Source of the DNA: Kondoa subrosea
Lineage: Eukaryota
Assembly: GCA_039545335.1 (NCBI GenBank)
Contig: BCIN01000007.1
Coordinates: forward strand, 62,001-126,000
Length of the DNA stretch: 64,000 nucleotides
Direction of reading: 5' to 3'
Shown here: piece after piece, positions 12,939 to 26,857 of the stretch
Numbering within the stretch: the first letter of the stretch is position 1
Layout of the letters: each line of letters starts with the position of its first letter
Program-made: the position numbers and the translations under genes
The notes under the pieces: model-generated
Database searches by the model: none
Seen by the model: only the letters and a program-made list of their open reading frames with translations
What the model was told of the DNA's origin: nothing

Positions 12939-15900
12939 ATGCCAAGAATCGACCCTGGAAATCCAGAATATGGTGCATGTCCCTTCATTTAAAAATCAAC
13001 AAACACAGATCTTGATGCTTGTGTGTTGGCAGTGGAATACCTACAAGAGGAATTAGACAAGATCTTAGCCAAAGACGTCGACAACAAATCACGTTACTCT
13101 TACCAGAAGGTCTGTGCTATATACCTTCGCGTGAACTGTGTACATACATGCTGAAGCTATACTACAGGCTATTCAAGGTCTCAAAACCTGTCGTATGAGG
13201 TGTTCTAGTCACTTTTTCTTCTCTTCTGACTGCGATATTCACGTGGCAGCGGTCAGGTGCAACAGTCCTAGCGATGCTCTAGAGATTAAAGGCATTGGTC
13301 CGAATATGGTCAAAATCCTACGCAAGTACATCAAGAAGAACGAAGAGGGTATGTCCGCATTATACCCTGTTCAATGATCAAGTTGATAGAGAACAGAAGG
13401 TTCCGATGCGGAAGAAAGACCGGAGAAGAAAGCTGCACCTAAAGGAAAGGCGAAAAAGAAAGCTGATGTAGATGTGTCGGTACGTCTGACCTGCTCTTGA
13501 CTAGAATGATGGCTAATTCCGGTACAGGACGATTCGGACGAGGATTCTCGCAAAAAGAAGACTACCAAGAAACCTGTTTCAAAGAAGCGAAAAGCAGCAG
13601 CTTCATCTGTATGGACTACTTGACATATACCAGAACTACGCTGATATAAAAGTCACAGGACGAAGAAGTTCAATTGGATGATGATTTCGATATTCTTGAT
13701 CCGAAAGCAACTCGAAAAGCAATCAAAGGCAAAGCCGATAAACCAAAGAAAGTCAAACGTTCTTCTGCAGCCAATGCTCGTGCTTTTGCTTTGTCAGAAG
13801 ATGAAACCGATACACCTTTATCGCCTGGAAAGAAAAAGACTACTAAGAAAGCTTCTCCTACAAAGACTAAAAAGAAGAAACGTTATGTACCTAAACTCAA
13901 TTCTGTTCCTTTTGGTGTTTTGGTTGCCATGTATAAAGAATGTGGGAAAGATCAAGACAATTGGAGAAAAGTTGGGTTTGATAAAGAGGATTTAGCTAAA
14001 AAAGCTCAGAAATTCACTACTACTGATATGATGGATAAAGTAGCACCAAAAGGAGCTGCTTCAGGTTGGGCTTATACTGGAATTTCTTGCATCAAGACTT
14101 TGGTTGAGAAAGGTTGTATTGTCAAAAAGGGTAGATCACCGGTCATGCATTACCTTACCGATCGAGGATTGACTACGGCTGCTAAATGTGCGGAATCGGC
14201 GGAAGTCACTAAATGGGATTTACCTGATGATTTGGATGATGCAAGCTTTGATGAAGGGGGAAAGAAGGATGATGATGATGACGATGATGATGAAAGACCA
14301 AAGAAGAAAGCAAAGACTACTGCAATCAAGGAGAAGAGCAAAAGCAGCAAAAAGAAGAAAGATGCTACTTCTGAAGAGGAAAGTGAAGAGGAAAGACCGG
14401 CGAAGAAAAAGCCTAGAGTTTCCACCAGTCGTCTGCCTTCTGGTATCGAACAGGATAGCAATGATGAAGAGGGTCAGTCGAACTGTTACGTCTGCGCTCG
14501 AACGATGCTGATTCGACGATACAGGTCCTTTCCATTTCATGTTCATTGATGATGGTACGTTGTGTTCAAATCAGCTTAATTCGCGCTAATTTTGTACTTA
14601 CACAGGAGGAGATCGCACCATGACGAAAGCGGACGCTGAATGTATGATGTCTCCTGTCTATGGTGCGACCTTATGCAAGATCGAATTCCGCTCTGCCCAA
14701 AGTCGGCATACTATGGCTAAATACATTGAAAAGAAGCAACGCAACAACGTCGCTGAACCTGGTCCCGAAGGTTCTACTGAGTTTGGCTTTATTCCTCGTT
14801 CCAAGACTGGTCCAGAAGCAACTGGTTTCCCAAAGAAGAAAGCGCCTCGTGAATCTGCTGCTGTCAAAGAGAAAGCTGTCGATTCTCTTATGGGTGGTCA
14901 GAAGAAGAAAAAACCTGTCGATAAAGCAGCAATGTACAAGATGCCTTCTCAAACCAAATCAGATGATGCTCCTGGACCTTCTTCAAATGCTTTTTCTTAC
15001 GCAAACAACAGCGACGAAGAGGCAGAACAGCTTGAAAGAGTCAAACGTGCATCTGCTGCTGAAGCTCGTCGTCAAGCTGAAGCTGCAAGTCGTCCGCCAA
15101 AAGAAGATGATGATTCAGGACCTGTTCCAAAACCTAAGCGAGCTTCCACTTCTAATGCTCCTGAACCGAGAGCTTCCACGTCTTCTCTTAACAATGCTAC
15201 TCGACCAATGTTTCAACGCAACATTTCTACTATTACCAAAGAATTTACTCCTTTCGATACTCGTCAAGCTGTGGTGATGCGATCTGGCGAATTTAAAGTG
15301 AAGATCTGTCTCGACAATAGAGAGAGGGGCTACGAGAAGAAGTTCAAAGATGATTCGAATGCAATTGTCACGCAATTGGCGACTGGAGATGTTGTTTGGG
15401 TCGCGGAAAGAAAGGTCCCATCTGGTAATCCTGAAAACGATAGGATTGTTTTGGATGGCGTAGTTGAGAGAAAGACTTTGGCTGATTTGGTCGGTTCGGT
15501 CAAATCGCGCCGGTATGAAGATCAGAAGGTGAGGTCTAGCATTACATGCAGCGGCATATCCCTTATCATGTGACGCAGAGGCGCATGAAGCAATCCGGCA
15601 TGACTCGTTTGTACTATTTGATCGAGAACGATGACAAGGCAGCTGTAAAAGGCTTTGAGCAAATGGTCAAAACGGTCAAGAGTCAAACTCAGGTTTTGGA
15701 TGGCTTCATTTGTCATAATTTCAAGGGAAAGGTTGATGCCGTCAAGCATCTCAAGCGAATGACAAGGGTGATGTCCGAGATCTACGAGGTCAGTTGATTG
15801 CTGGCACATATTCTAGTTTTTGACTAAATTTTGCCAAACAGCACAAAACACTTTATGGTATTCCTTCGCATTCAACCTCTCGAGCGAGCTATCTAAAGCA

Positions 15901-16273
15901 GCTCGACGTTCTCAGAAAGGAAAAACCCGGCTCAGACTATCTACCAACCCTCGGAACCTGGAACAAGCTTAACGGCAAAGAGCATACTATTGGCAGTAAT
16001 TGGCACACCATGCTGGCCTCCATCAACGGTGTCAGTGCAGAAAAGGCTTGCGCTATCGTTGAACGCTGGCCGACGACTCAAGCTTTCATTGCCGACCTAT
16101 CGAAACGCAAGCGACAAGAAGAAGCCGAAGGAGGACCAGCTAACAAGAAAGCGAAGACTGGAACTGGACCAATGTACATCAAAGACCAGCTCGCTAGAGG
16201 TGGGAAACGAGATATTGGTCCGGCTTTATCGCTACAACTTTATGATATTTTCACCCAGCTTGAATATGCGTGA
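12939..16273 (+). CDS. MUS81: Crossover-junction endonuclease Mus81, multi-exon
   Basis: N-terminal HhH (IKGIGPNMVKIL), winged-helix segment (YVPKLNSVPFGVLVAM), ERCC4 domain (LDNRE, GDVVW, VERKTLADLVGSVKSRRYEDQK, YLIE), C-terminal HhH2 (INGVSAEKA, IGPALS). Confidence 0.9.
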
Positions 16274-16660
16274 AGAGAAGTCAGTTGCTTTGGCCAGTAT
16301 CGTAGCATTCAATTGGGTCAGGGAAAGAAGTTGCGGAACTGTTCTTGGATTCTTGGGTACGCTTGCTTGACTCTGTCCAGATAATCGCGCTTTGCATTGA
16401 ATGGCAACTTCCTAGCCATTGCCCGGCACGAGATCGACGCACGCGCGCAATGTCCACTACTGAGTGTTGCATGGGAAAGTCGCGACGCCGGTACTTTCGC
16501 CGATTTCTCTATCCGCTTGAATGGTTTCCGTTGCCGACAAAGATTGAGGGGTAAGTATACTTAGCTTGTCCTCTCCACGGGTCCCAACCGCCTTCTTCTG
16601 TTCCGTCGTCTTCTCCTTCAACATATATTGCAGTAACTCTGCAAGCGACATATACAAGCG

Positions 16661-19600
16661 ATGACTTTCGGTATCCTAAATGACAAACACCTGGAAACAG
16701 TACCAGGTGCGCTGCAGAACTTATACCGGGCTTGAGCAGTCTGATCTTCTCGTGCAGGCACGGCGCTTCTTGATGACTTGAAGAAGAGTCAGTTTGACGG
16801 CATCGACACAAGTCACCTGAAGAAGTCGAGGGATGGAAAACATATTCTGGGTGAGCATTACTGCACTGTTCTGCTTGGCCTTTATTAATACCTTTCTCTG
16901 CAGTTCCGCAACCTTCTGATGATCCAAGGGATCCGCTGTGAGCACATATAAAGTGACTCAGCGCTGATTGCTGATGGGTTTGGCTTGTTAGAAATTGGCC
17001 AATGATGAAGAGTAGGTCAAAACCTATGTCAAATCGTATTATAACTAACTTCTGTTTCAGAACAACTCTGCTTCTGGACACTGCTTCTGATGGTTCGTGT
17101 TGCGTCTTAGTCTGCTTGCGTATGTAACTGAGATCCCATCAGGCTGGGATAGTTTGTTCTACATCTTAGTTTCAGTGGCATTTGTGACTGAGATCCCATC
17201 AGGCTGGTGCTTGCGGTCCTCTTGTCTCATCGGGCTGTAAGTTTCGTCCTTTAGTGTGTTATCTCCAGCTCATGACTCTCCTGCCTAGACGTACAAATCG
17301 CGGTCGACACGGGCTCTTCAGTCAACTCAGTAGCAGGTATGCCAAGAACCTCATCAGTAGCAACAGCGTTCACTCATGTCTTTGCTTAGCCAGCAATGGA
17401 TGGCTTCTCATCGGTCTCGGTGTTGCTATGTTCTTCCAAAGGTTTGGCTTCTTTTCGGATCCGTAGATGAGCTCACATTTGTCCATAGCGCTCTTGCTGT
17501 CAAGTTCGGTCGCCGACCAGTATTCATTGTTTCTGCCATCATCCTCTTCACTGGCTTCTTGTGGTATGTCGCTTGCGGTGTAATTCATCAAGTGCTCATA
17601 TCACATTGAAGGTCTGGTGCGGCGAAAAGTGACACTTCTTTCACTGTCTCGCGAGTGTATCAAGGTGTTGGAATGGCATCATACGAAGCTTTGGTCACTG
17701 CAACTATCGGAGATCTTTGTGTGTTTAGTTTTTCCATCAGAAGGCAAAAACTTAGCCTTCTATAGTCTTTGTTCACCAAAGAGGCAAAGCAATCGTCGCA
17801 TGGGGATTCGCTGTGAGTATTATCGCTTGACGACTTTCCCTTCATACTTATGGTTGCTGTTTTGCTCAGATCATTTCTGGAATTTCGGTTGCACCTTTGG
17901 TGAACGGCTACATCATTGAATCACCTCTGAGATGGAAGTGGTGTTTTTGGCTAGCTAGTTCTATCACAAAAACGAAGCCAGATTTAGGGCTCATTCCCCT
18001 TGACTTTTAGGTTGGCATTGTCACAGGAGTTTTCACTATGTAAGCTTATTTGCTTGCCTGCTTGCCTATGCTAATATATTTCTCTTAGCATGGTGATCCT
18101 CTTTGTCCCGGAAACGTAAGGCTGTTCTTGTCAACGTGTTATTGTCCGCTCACTTTTGAACTCCGGTGCAGCGTTTACGACCGTGATGCCGCCTACGAAA
18201 CTGATGCTGGCGCCTCAGCTGCCGGTGTCGCCAAAGTCAACGCAGCTGCCGATATCGTAGACCACAAACAATCTGGCGATGATGAAAAGGGCGAAATTGA
18301 TCAAGCGGAACATGTACTCGAAGCGGCTCATATCAGACACAATTACCTACCTGCCAAGACCTTTGTGCAAGAGCTGGCTCCTTGGTCTGGTTATGTCTCA
18401 CCGGTCTCATTCTGGAAGCTCTTCCTAAGGCCATTCCCTATTGCCCTTTCTCCGTGCGTTATATGTAACAGTGTCGTAGTCTTGAGCTCACGATCAAGCT
18501 AGCGTGGTCTTCTGTGGTTTCTGGATCTATGTTTGTCAACTTCATCCGTAGCGCCTTTCGTGTTCGCTTATGTCTATGCTCTTTTGAATTACACAGGGTG
18601 TTACTACCGCCTGGATTGTCACTTTATCCGTCTCATCGTCCATCATTTTCGGAGGGTGAGTGGTTGCCGTTCGAACTTCTTACTTTTGCTGACTTCCGTA
18701 ATAGACCACCGCTTCTGTTCAACGCCAAACAAGTCGGTTTGATGTCTGTTGGTCCTTTCATTGCCTCTATTCTTGGCGCGATGGTTGCCGGTCCTTTCCT
18801 GGATTGGTGCTCCGTTAGTTTGGCAAGGCGCAACAGAGGTGAAGTTCAAGTAATTTATCATATACGCCATTCTGAAAATATCTTGCAGGTGTCTTCGAAC
18901 CCGAATTCCGCTTGGTCTTACTCATCCCAATGTTCATAATCTGCGGTGCTGGCTTCCTGGGCTGGTATGGAATTCTCAAGAATGAAGTTGCAGGATGGAT
19001 TGGTCCAGAAGGTATGTTGCGGCCATTGCATAAAGATCATGTGCTGATGTTCCTTCAGTCATGTACAGGTACGCTGAACTGGTAGTGCGATATCGTCAGC
19101 GCTTATCCAACTTTCGTCTGATTCAGCTTGATCGTAAGTTGGCTTTCCTTGGCGATGTCGGCTATGCTCATGGCTGTTATTCATCATAGTACTTTGGAAA
19201 CGGTCTAGGCTCTTCCGCTGTGTGTACCGTGGTGTTTAGCCCCGCCGCGCAAGACTCATGCCTTTACTAACACAGATTGTTTCATACGTGGTCGATGTGC
19301 ATCGCAAGACGAGCGCGTGAGTTGTCCACTGTCCTCCTCCGTCCGACGCATGTATTGATCTCTTAAGTTCACAGTGAGGCATTCACTATCATCAATTGTC
19401 AGTACTCAGATAAGGGGAAAAGCCACAGAGCTTTGCTGACTGTGCTGCGCGATCAATAGTCACTAAAAACATGCTGATCTATGGCATCACTCAATTCGTG
19501 GTCAACTGGTATGCATTGCTGTCTTCCTTTCTTTAGCCTGTACCAATTTCGCACACAGGATCCTTGACTGGACAATCCCAACCATTATGCTTACACTCAC

Positions 19601-19811
19601 ATTCTTCAGTGCGTCCCATCGTATTCTGTTGTGGGTCTCACTAACGCCTGCTCTCTCAGTGTGCGGAAGTATTCTTTTCGGCGTTCCTCTTTGGGTATTC
19701 GGGAAACGATTCCGCTCATTCATTGCTCGCGTCAGTCTTCCCTATCTTTCTGTCAAAGCCGAGACTGACACAACTACACAGCATCCAAAACTGTATTTGG
19801 ATCAGCATTGA
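16661..19811 (+). CDS. MFS transporter, HOL1-like, more than 20 introns including microexons
   Basis: MTFGILNDKHLETVPGT, LVPQPSDDPRDPLNWP, AVKFGRRPVFI, SRVYQGVGMASYEAL..TIGDL, WKWCF, FVPET, FEPEFRL, SYVVD, PLWVFGKRFR. Confidence 0.85.
17093..17207 (+). repeat. Tandem approx. 60-nt duplication comprising two sister introns
   Basis: ACTGAGATCCCATCAGGCTGG is repeated exactly at 17127 and 17187. The 5' parts are also similar (GTTYGT..TCTTAGT). Confidence 0.9.
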
Positions 19812-20274
19812 GCAACTCTCTTGAAGCAGCATCCACGTGTTACGGAGTAACATTGTGGCCTGCTCATCTAAGGTTGTGGAGGGACTTTATGTGTTTAAGG
19901 GCTCGATAGGCGGGACGTCTAGCGCGGTCTTGCACAATTGTACAGTGTAACAACATACGAATGAAGAATAAACGTCATTGACTTGCATCTGACCATTGAC
20001 GCATACCAGCAGCGTGCAGGCTTACTAGTGTTGACAATAGCCTACAGCGTATGAGCATAAGGGTTGCCTTCCCACCTATTGTAAACTTCAAACTTGTTCA
20101 GCTAAATTGAGCTCTTGGATTCCGACAGGCATCACGAGCTATTCGCTGGCGTCCAGAACGGAAAGCGATTCAAACGCAAGACTACCCAGAGCTTTGAGGC
20201 CAGATACAATCAACGTGATTGGATTCGTCTTGGCAAGACAATTTCCCATATTCCCCTCTGGACAACTTGAAGCC

Positions 20275-21667
20275 ATGAGATCTCTACCCGCTGAGCTAGT
20301 ACTCGCTGTCTTATCTCATCTTCGCGATGAACCCTCTCAATCTTTGGCTCGGGCTGCTCGCGTCTCCAAGTTCTTCTATGAAACCTTGAGGCCAATATTA
20401 TGGTCAAATATAACCCAACATCAATGTGAACATGATAGCTTCTACAATACGATTACGCAAAGCAAGTCTTTGGGAAAGTTGGTCCAATCAATTGAGATCA
20501 GATGCTATCTGGAAGTTGTTTACATGGGCGAAGAAATGTCTGAAGACAGTGAAGAGGAGTATCACTCTGCGGCTGACGTTGCGTCGATGCGGCAAATATC
20601 AAAAGCTCGGCTGTATAGGAATTTGGCCTGCTTGCAATTCTGCGAGCGTCTTGAATCATTAACCTTCTTCATTGCTGCTTCAGACTACCAAGAAGTCGAT
20701 GTATATGACGAATTGTTAGCTCACTATGTGGCCGTACCCGCAATGGAAGATCTGCGCCATCTACCGTGCTTGCCTCGTCTCAAGCAATTGGTCATTTCTT
20801 CTGAATTCGCTTCTAATTCGGTCGATTACTCGGCTTTCGGTTACTTGGCGGCTTCAGCACCTCAGCTCACTTATTTATCGGTGACATCTGTTCATTCTCA
20901 TGCTTTCTTCGATCAAATTTATGCAACACAGCTGAGGCACCCAAACTCACTTGCCAATTTGAGTACCTTTGTATGGGTAGTTGAAGGGTACGAAGGGAAC
21001 GATATGGAATTCGGGACTGCCGATATGCTCATGTGCGTTAGATGTCTCGTCGGCAGCAGTGTTCTTGTTCGCTCATGCGCGGGTTCCTGGAGTAGGCATC
21101 TCAATTACATGCAGTCTGTCAACAATCTGAAACTGAATAATGGCGAAGCAGGACCTATTCCCTTCTCCCTTCGATCTTCCAGATACTCCGAATTTCAATG
21201 TTACAAGCTTGGTATTAGAGGGAACTGCTGCCAATGTTTTGCACCTAGAGGCCATGAATCAACATTTCCCGTCTTTGAATCATCTGGAACTCCCCCTAGA
21301 CCTTGAATTTTACGGGGACGAGAACTCATCAGCTATTCTTTTGGAAAATGTGACATACAAGCAACTTACGAGTCTCAAGATTTCCGGCCGATATAGCCGT
21401 TTTCTTCACGTTCTCCATCGCATGCTAATATACAATACCACAATCTTTCCGAAGCTGGCGGTAGTTCGCATCATGCTTAGTGCAGTTCAAACACCAAAAC
21501 AGAATCTGGTAATGGAGCAATTGGTGGCAGACTGGTCGAGAGATGGCATAGGTAGAATAGAGACGTATTTTCAGGCCGGCGCGAGCAAGATGCACAGGTC
21601 AAGAGATGGAGTATGGTTCTCAGAAATGAAAGTCGGCGTGGGGATTGAGCTAGCGTTGGAAGCGTAA
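20275..21667 (+). CDS. F-box protein (family member 2), one intron near 21033-21095
   Basis: MRSLPAELVLAVLSHL..LARAARVSKFFYETLRPILW. Family motif DLRHLPCLPRLKQLVI..DYSAFG. Confidence 0.7.
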
Positions 21668-21882
21668 TTCGATGAGCTTCGATTGCATGGATATCCTGGA
21701 TGAAGTAACTATCTTCTATCTGCTGCAAATTCAGATTTGCTTTGTCACAACAGAAGAGGAATAATGGCAAAATGCAAAGGAAAAACAGTACTCTCTTGAG
21801 TGATGGGAGTGAAAGCCTTTGAAGGAACCCGAAGGACGATGTAACAAGCAATTCGAGAAGTGAACGAAAGCTTCGCATTTGG

Positions 21883-24800
21883 CTACAATGTGACCTTCCT
21901 CAAGGGAGGTTTGGAATACCCCAATTTAGCTCGTTCCCTCTTCTTGCCGCGGTCCTTTGCATATCTCATCAGCTGAGGAAGTGGGTTGATGACGCTACTC
22001 ACGAAAGCAGCTGCGCTCTGTAAAGTTCGACCGAACGGATCAGGCTTCTTCACTTGATATATGCGTACAAGCCAATTTTCGCTAGTGAATGCTTCGTCTG
22101 CGAGCACAGTCAGCAAATGTAAGGCCGAAGAGATTGAGCGCATACCTAGCGTATCTAGTGTCGGTCCAGGTTGAGGGATCTTTTGATTTCTCACTCGATC
22201 GACTCCTTGACCTTGAAACAGTTCGTTGAAGCTATCGAGGCATCAATTAAGAGGTTTGTTGGCTGATCAAGTCACTGAGGTGAGTCTTACCGATGGTAGC
22301 TAGCGAGACGACATCAGCCAAGCAATGTGAAATACTATGAAAGGCTTACCTCATCTTATACATCAAACTGTTCTTCATTGTAGCAGTCGCTCCTTCATCT
22401 ACTCTATACTCTCCCCTGCTGAAATAGTTGGCTTCTTTCACTTCGTCTGGCCAAAGTCCTTCTGCAATTCGAATCATCCTAGAATACATGTCAGGCAAGC
22501 TGAGGGAAACAACATTGTAACATACCATAAGAATTTGTTGATGTCATCTCCACTATAGCCTATCAATCCACCGAAAACGACCATAACGTAATCCACATCG
22601 TGTGCCCGCAAAATAGGATAAGAGACTTCTTCTCTAGATGACATGGCTTTTCCAACAGTAGCAATACTGATTATGCCTGAATCAGCGTCTCTGTGATCTC
22701 TTACTATACGAAGACCTCACTGTGTATTGTTCCATGTTGCATTCTATTGCGTCCATCAGTCCATTGAATCCTTAGACAAAAGATCGAGCTCACATCAACC
22801 AAAGTGGTCCGATCTGCAAATCCAGCCAATTGATAACCGTAATCCCACCAACTCATAACTTTAGCATCTTTCTCTGTGTTCTGTCTGATCCAGTAGTACG
22901 CTTCTCTGAAATCATCGATAATGTTTTGAGTTCCATCTTGATTTCTGCTTGCCAGTACGACAGAGGGGGAAGAGTAAGCTGTGGAAGTAACATAGGTGCA
23001 GTGAAGGCAGAAAGTGACTAGGAAGAAAAGCATGACGAGGATAGAAAAGATTCGAGTGTCGAGACCGTATATTCCACTTGCAGAAGAAGAAGAGTATTTT
23101 TCAGCTGGAAAGAGAGTCGATGATTTAGTTGTGGGTTGTTCTGTTGATGTGGTCTTTTTCTTCTGTTTCGTTGGTGTATTGAGCGACTCTTCGACTTCTT
23201 CTATTGGTTCTACTTGTTTTGAAGCTTCGTCTGAAGGTGCGAAAGGATCGATAAAGGTATCGAAATAGCGAGCGACCACTACTGCAGCTGAGATACAGAC
23301 TACAGGAGTGAGTGTAAGCATAAGTCGGACCATAACGCCAGCGAAATAAGATCCAACAATAGCATAGACAATGACAAAGACATGTTCATCTCGAAGCTCT
23401 CGGAAACAAAGGTATACACCCGCTGGGAAGAGATAGATGAGAAGATTAAGGTCGAAAAAGAAGGATGGCCAGGCTGTAGGTTGATGTTCTGATACACTTG
23501 CGATGATCTGTGTTTCCAGCATACAACCAAATCAATCAATGTGCTTTAAGTTGTAGCAGAACGCACAGGAATATGAATCTTAGCATAGCCGGTGTCCCAA
23601 AGTGAATAAAATCGACCAGTCCAAGGTGAGATATAGCCTTTGTTGGTGAGGAATACGATAGCTCCAGTACCTAGGACAATTGCTGAAATCAGAGCAACTG
23701 ATAAGACGTATCGGAATTGCTTCTTGGGTAGATGTGATCGTGCCAAATCAACGAATGCGACCAATTGTAACAGGCCGAATACGCCTAAGGCAGCCATATG
23801 TTCCGAATTACGTACAGGTTGAAACCCGACGAAAGGTACGTTCATAGCCGCTATTGTGCCAATAGCGTAATAGGTTGAATAAGCCACATAGATCTTAGAG
23901 GTGTAGCGACCCATCAAAAGTAGAGCAAAGACGTGTAGAGGAAGCATGTTTGTGATAAAAGCGTATCCACCTGCGCCAAATCAGTCGAGATTTTGAGACT
24001 GTAGCAAATCAACTTACCCCACGCGCCGACCATGTAGAAGTAGAATAAAGCAGTGAATGCACCCCAAAGTGCTGAACCACGCTTCATTGCCTTGAGCCAA
24101 AGATAGAAAGTGAAGCAGAGGATGAAGATAGCAATGGCTTCGTTATCGTATGAACCAGCCACAGATCTCGAGATATAGCCTTTAAGATACATATAAGATT
24201 TGATACACATATTATATAGCTTGCAACCCACCTGGAGCCACACCCATGAACAGAGCAGCCCAAAGACCAGCACCATCACCTCCAGAACCATCTGACTTTC
24301 TACCAATCTCTCTCGCCAATAAATAAGCAGCCATACTTGTCAAACCAGAGAAAGCAGGTGCAAGCATGACGCAAATCTCTCTAATATCTACTGGAATGTT
24401 GATGTAGTGCAAGATGTTGTGAATGAGACCGGAAGTGATCATAAGACCTGGGTAGAGGGTTCCACCTGCTACTCGACCTAAAGGATACCATGCTGTTGCG
24501 TCGAACCAATTCCAGAATTCCATGAATCCTCGTTCTGTGAGCACTTTGGTTGCTCGACTGTTCATCACACGCTCAGCTGAGCTGAATAAGTCAGCGGAAG
24601 CCATGCATTGTGACGAACTAATTGAACCAAGGATCACTTTAATAGCAATGCAGCATGTCAGCCTATGAACGACTTCCAGGAAGCGAAACATAGACATACA
24701 ATTCATGAATGATGCTCTCAAAGCGAATGACAGCAAACAACCTTGAAGCGACCGCTGACAAGCCAATGCTAGCGAGAATAGTCCATTTCAGAGCCGTCAA

Positions 24801-24947
24801 AGTGTTCTGCACTCTCGGTGTCCTGCTTGAGAAGCTCTCAGGCGCAGGATAGAGCGCTGCTGTTGAACCAGTCATCCGATGGGAGCCTTGACTTGACTTG
24901 GTTTGAGCTCGACCTGCATCCGAAATAACTCTTCCGCGAACCATCAT
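21883..24947 (-). CDS. STT3: Oligosaccharyltransferase catalytic subunit
   Basis: [56 protein letters not shown]. The start may instead be the ATG at 24875. Confidence 0.97.
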
Positions 24948-25069
24948 CTCGTGCTACTATACCTGTGATTCTGTGATATCAGCAGCAGTCAGTCATCTAA
25001 CACAGCTGACCTTGGATACCCTGGCCGGAAAGAAAGCAGCCTAGTCGGAGGCTTTGAGTCGACTCCAAT

Positions 25070-26533
25070 ATGGCTTCGACAGATCTGTCTGCTGTTCATT
25101 CGCTGGTCCAGCATGTAGCTCGAGCATTCTTTGACACAAAAGTCATTGTGCTCTACGATTTATTGCTCGCTTCCAATGATCTGGCGTAAGCCTCTTTGCA
25201 GTATTAATGTCAAATGGAACACTTTGTTCATACTGTTTTCTATCTCTTTCCCTTTCTTCCTTCCTTCTTCGCCTCCTGATACAATGGCTTCAGTCAAAAG
25301 GATGAACTGCTCTGTAGCAAAGTACAAATGTCAATCAAAGATCTTGCCAAACTAGCCCAACCTCTAGTGAAACAAAGATTATTAGCAGTGTGCGTTAGCA
25401 GAGCTCACCTTCAGCTGAGGCTGATTCTGAGCCTTGCATTGCGTACAGTTTCCGAAGAAACGAGGTCAAAGAAGGGTCCATCAAAGCTACTTCTAGATCT
25501 TACTACTATATCGACTACAAAACTTTCATTGATGTGACTAAATGGAAGATGTTCAAGATTCGTAAAACAATAGAAGATAAGCTTAGAGATGTTCGTCTTC
25601 CGTCTCTCTTCTTCCCCGTGAGGATTAATGAGTCTGATACGAACAGGAAATTAAAACTCAAGGCTACCTTTGTCCGCTATGCAAGAAAGCTTACTCTACT
25701 CTCGACATCAACGGTCTGGTAGTCGATCCTTTCGAAGGTGGTTTCCGTTGTGATATTTGTTCTACCATCTTGCAAGACAATGATTCAGCCGATCAAGTAG
25801 AACAAGGGAAAACCAAAATCCGTCGCTTGAATGAACAATGTAGATATGTCAGCGAAGGATTGAAAAAGACTGAAAATATCGTTATCCCTCCTTTGGATAT
25901 CAAACAATGGTTAGATATCAATCATCCTGTTTTGGAATCTGTTACTTTAAAGAAAGATCCAAATGATGGACTGAAGATTGCTCAAGGTGGTGGATTAGCA
26001 ACTGAAGTATCTATTCAAATAGCCGACGAACAAGATTTGAAAGAAGAGGCTGCGAGAAAGAAGGAGGAAAGTGAAGCTAGAAGAGTTCAGAACGCTTTAC
26101 CTTCTTGGATAGCTAAATCAACAGTGGATGGTGGTTTGACGGCAGCTGGGCATAGGGATGTGATTGGCGGACAGAAAGCAATGCAGGATGTTCCGAGTAG
26201 TCCAACGAGATCTCCTGGAAAAGATAAAGAAGGTGAAGGTCATTTGCTCGTGGGCTGCGATTCTTGTCTGACTGGAACACGTGACAAGGAATGGGTCTGG
26301 AAGAATATTATGCTTCTTTGGCGGCGGCAGCAGCTCAACAACCTGCTGCTGATGCACCTTCACCAACTTCTTCGAATGAAGATTTCGAAGCTGTTTCAGT
26401 AGCTCCTATCAACGCCCATGGGAAGAGGAGTCGTTCACCTACTACGATAGTGGAAGACAAGAGCAAAAAAGTAAAAGTGGAAGCTGCAGTCGTCCTGGAT
26501 TCGGATGAAGAAGAGTTCGATGAAGTTGCATAG
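25070..26533 (+). CDS. TFA1: Transcription initiation factor TFIIE alpha subunit
   Basis: LVQHVARAFFD, YYYIDYKTFIDVTKWKM, zinc ribbon CPLC..FRCDIC, QNALPSWI.KSTV, acidic end EEEFDEVA*. Confidence 0.9.
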
Positions 26534-26857
26534 AGTTGAATTTAAGACATTTTGCATTGCATAGTTGTGAATAGATGCTTTCAGGTACTCTAAAATTTTG
26601 CTCTGCGCATGCCTGGCCTAAACTACGTGTATGATCGATTTTCTTCAGACGATGAATGTTGTTTTCTGATGTTCACCATGCGGCACATGTTCTGTTCGCT
26701 AGGCAATGTTCCCGCGTAATAGGCTATCTGTCTTCTCTTTCAGGCTATTTTCTTCTTCTGGTCTTTGCTTTCCAGCTACCTACATTTTCGAGTCATGCTT
26801 TCACCGCTTTTGCGTTGCGCTTGTTTAATCTTGTCTTGAACGCTCTTCTCATCCAGA

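Noticed and set aside
14150..14546. Antisense ORFs and GAT/GAA runs in MUS81
   Set aside because: Shadows of Asp/Glu/Lys low-complexity coding sequence on the + strand.
17127..17207. 21-nt direct repeat with a spacer, superficially CRISPR-like
   Set aside because: Only two copies, eukaryotic context, and explained by duplicated intron 3' ends.
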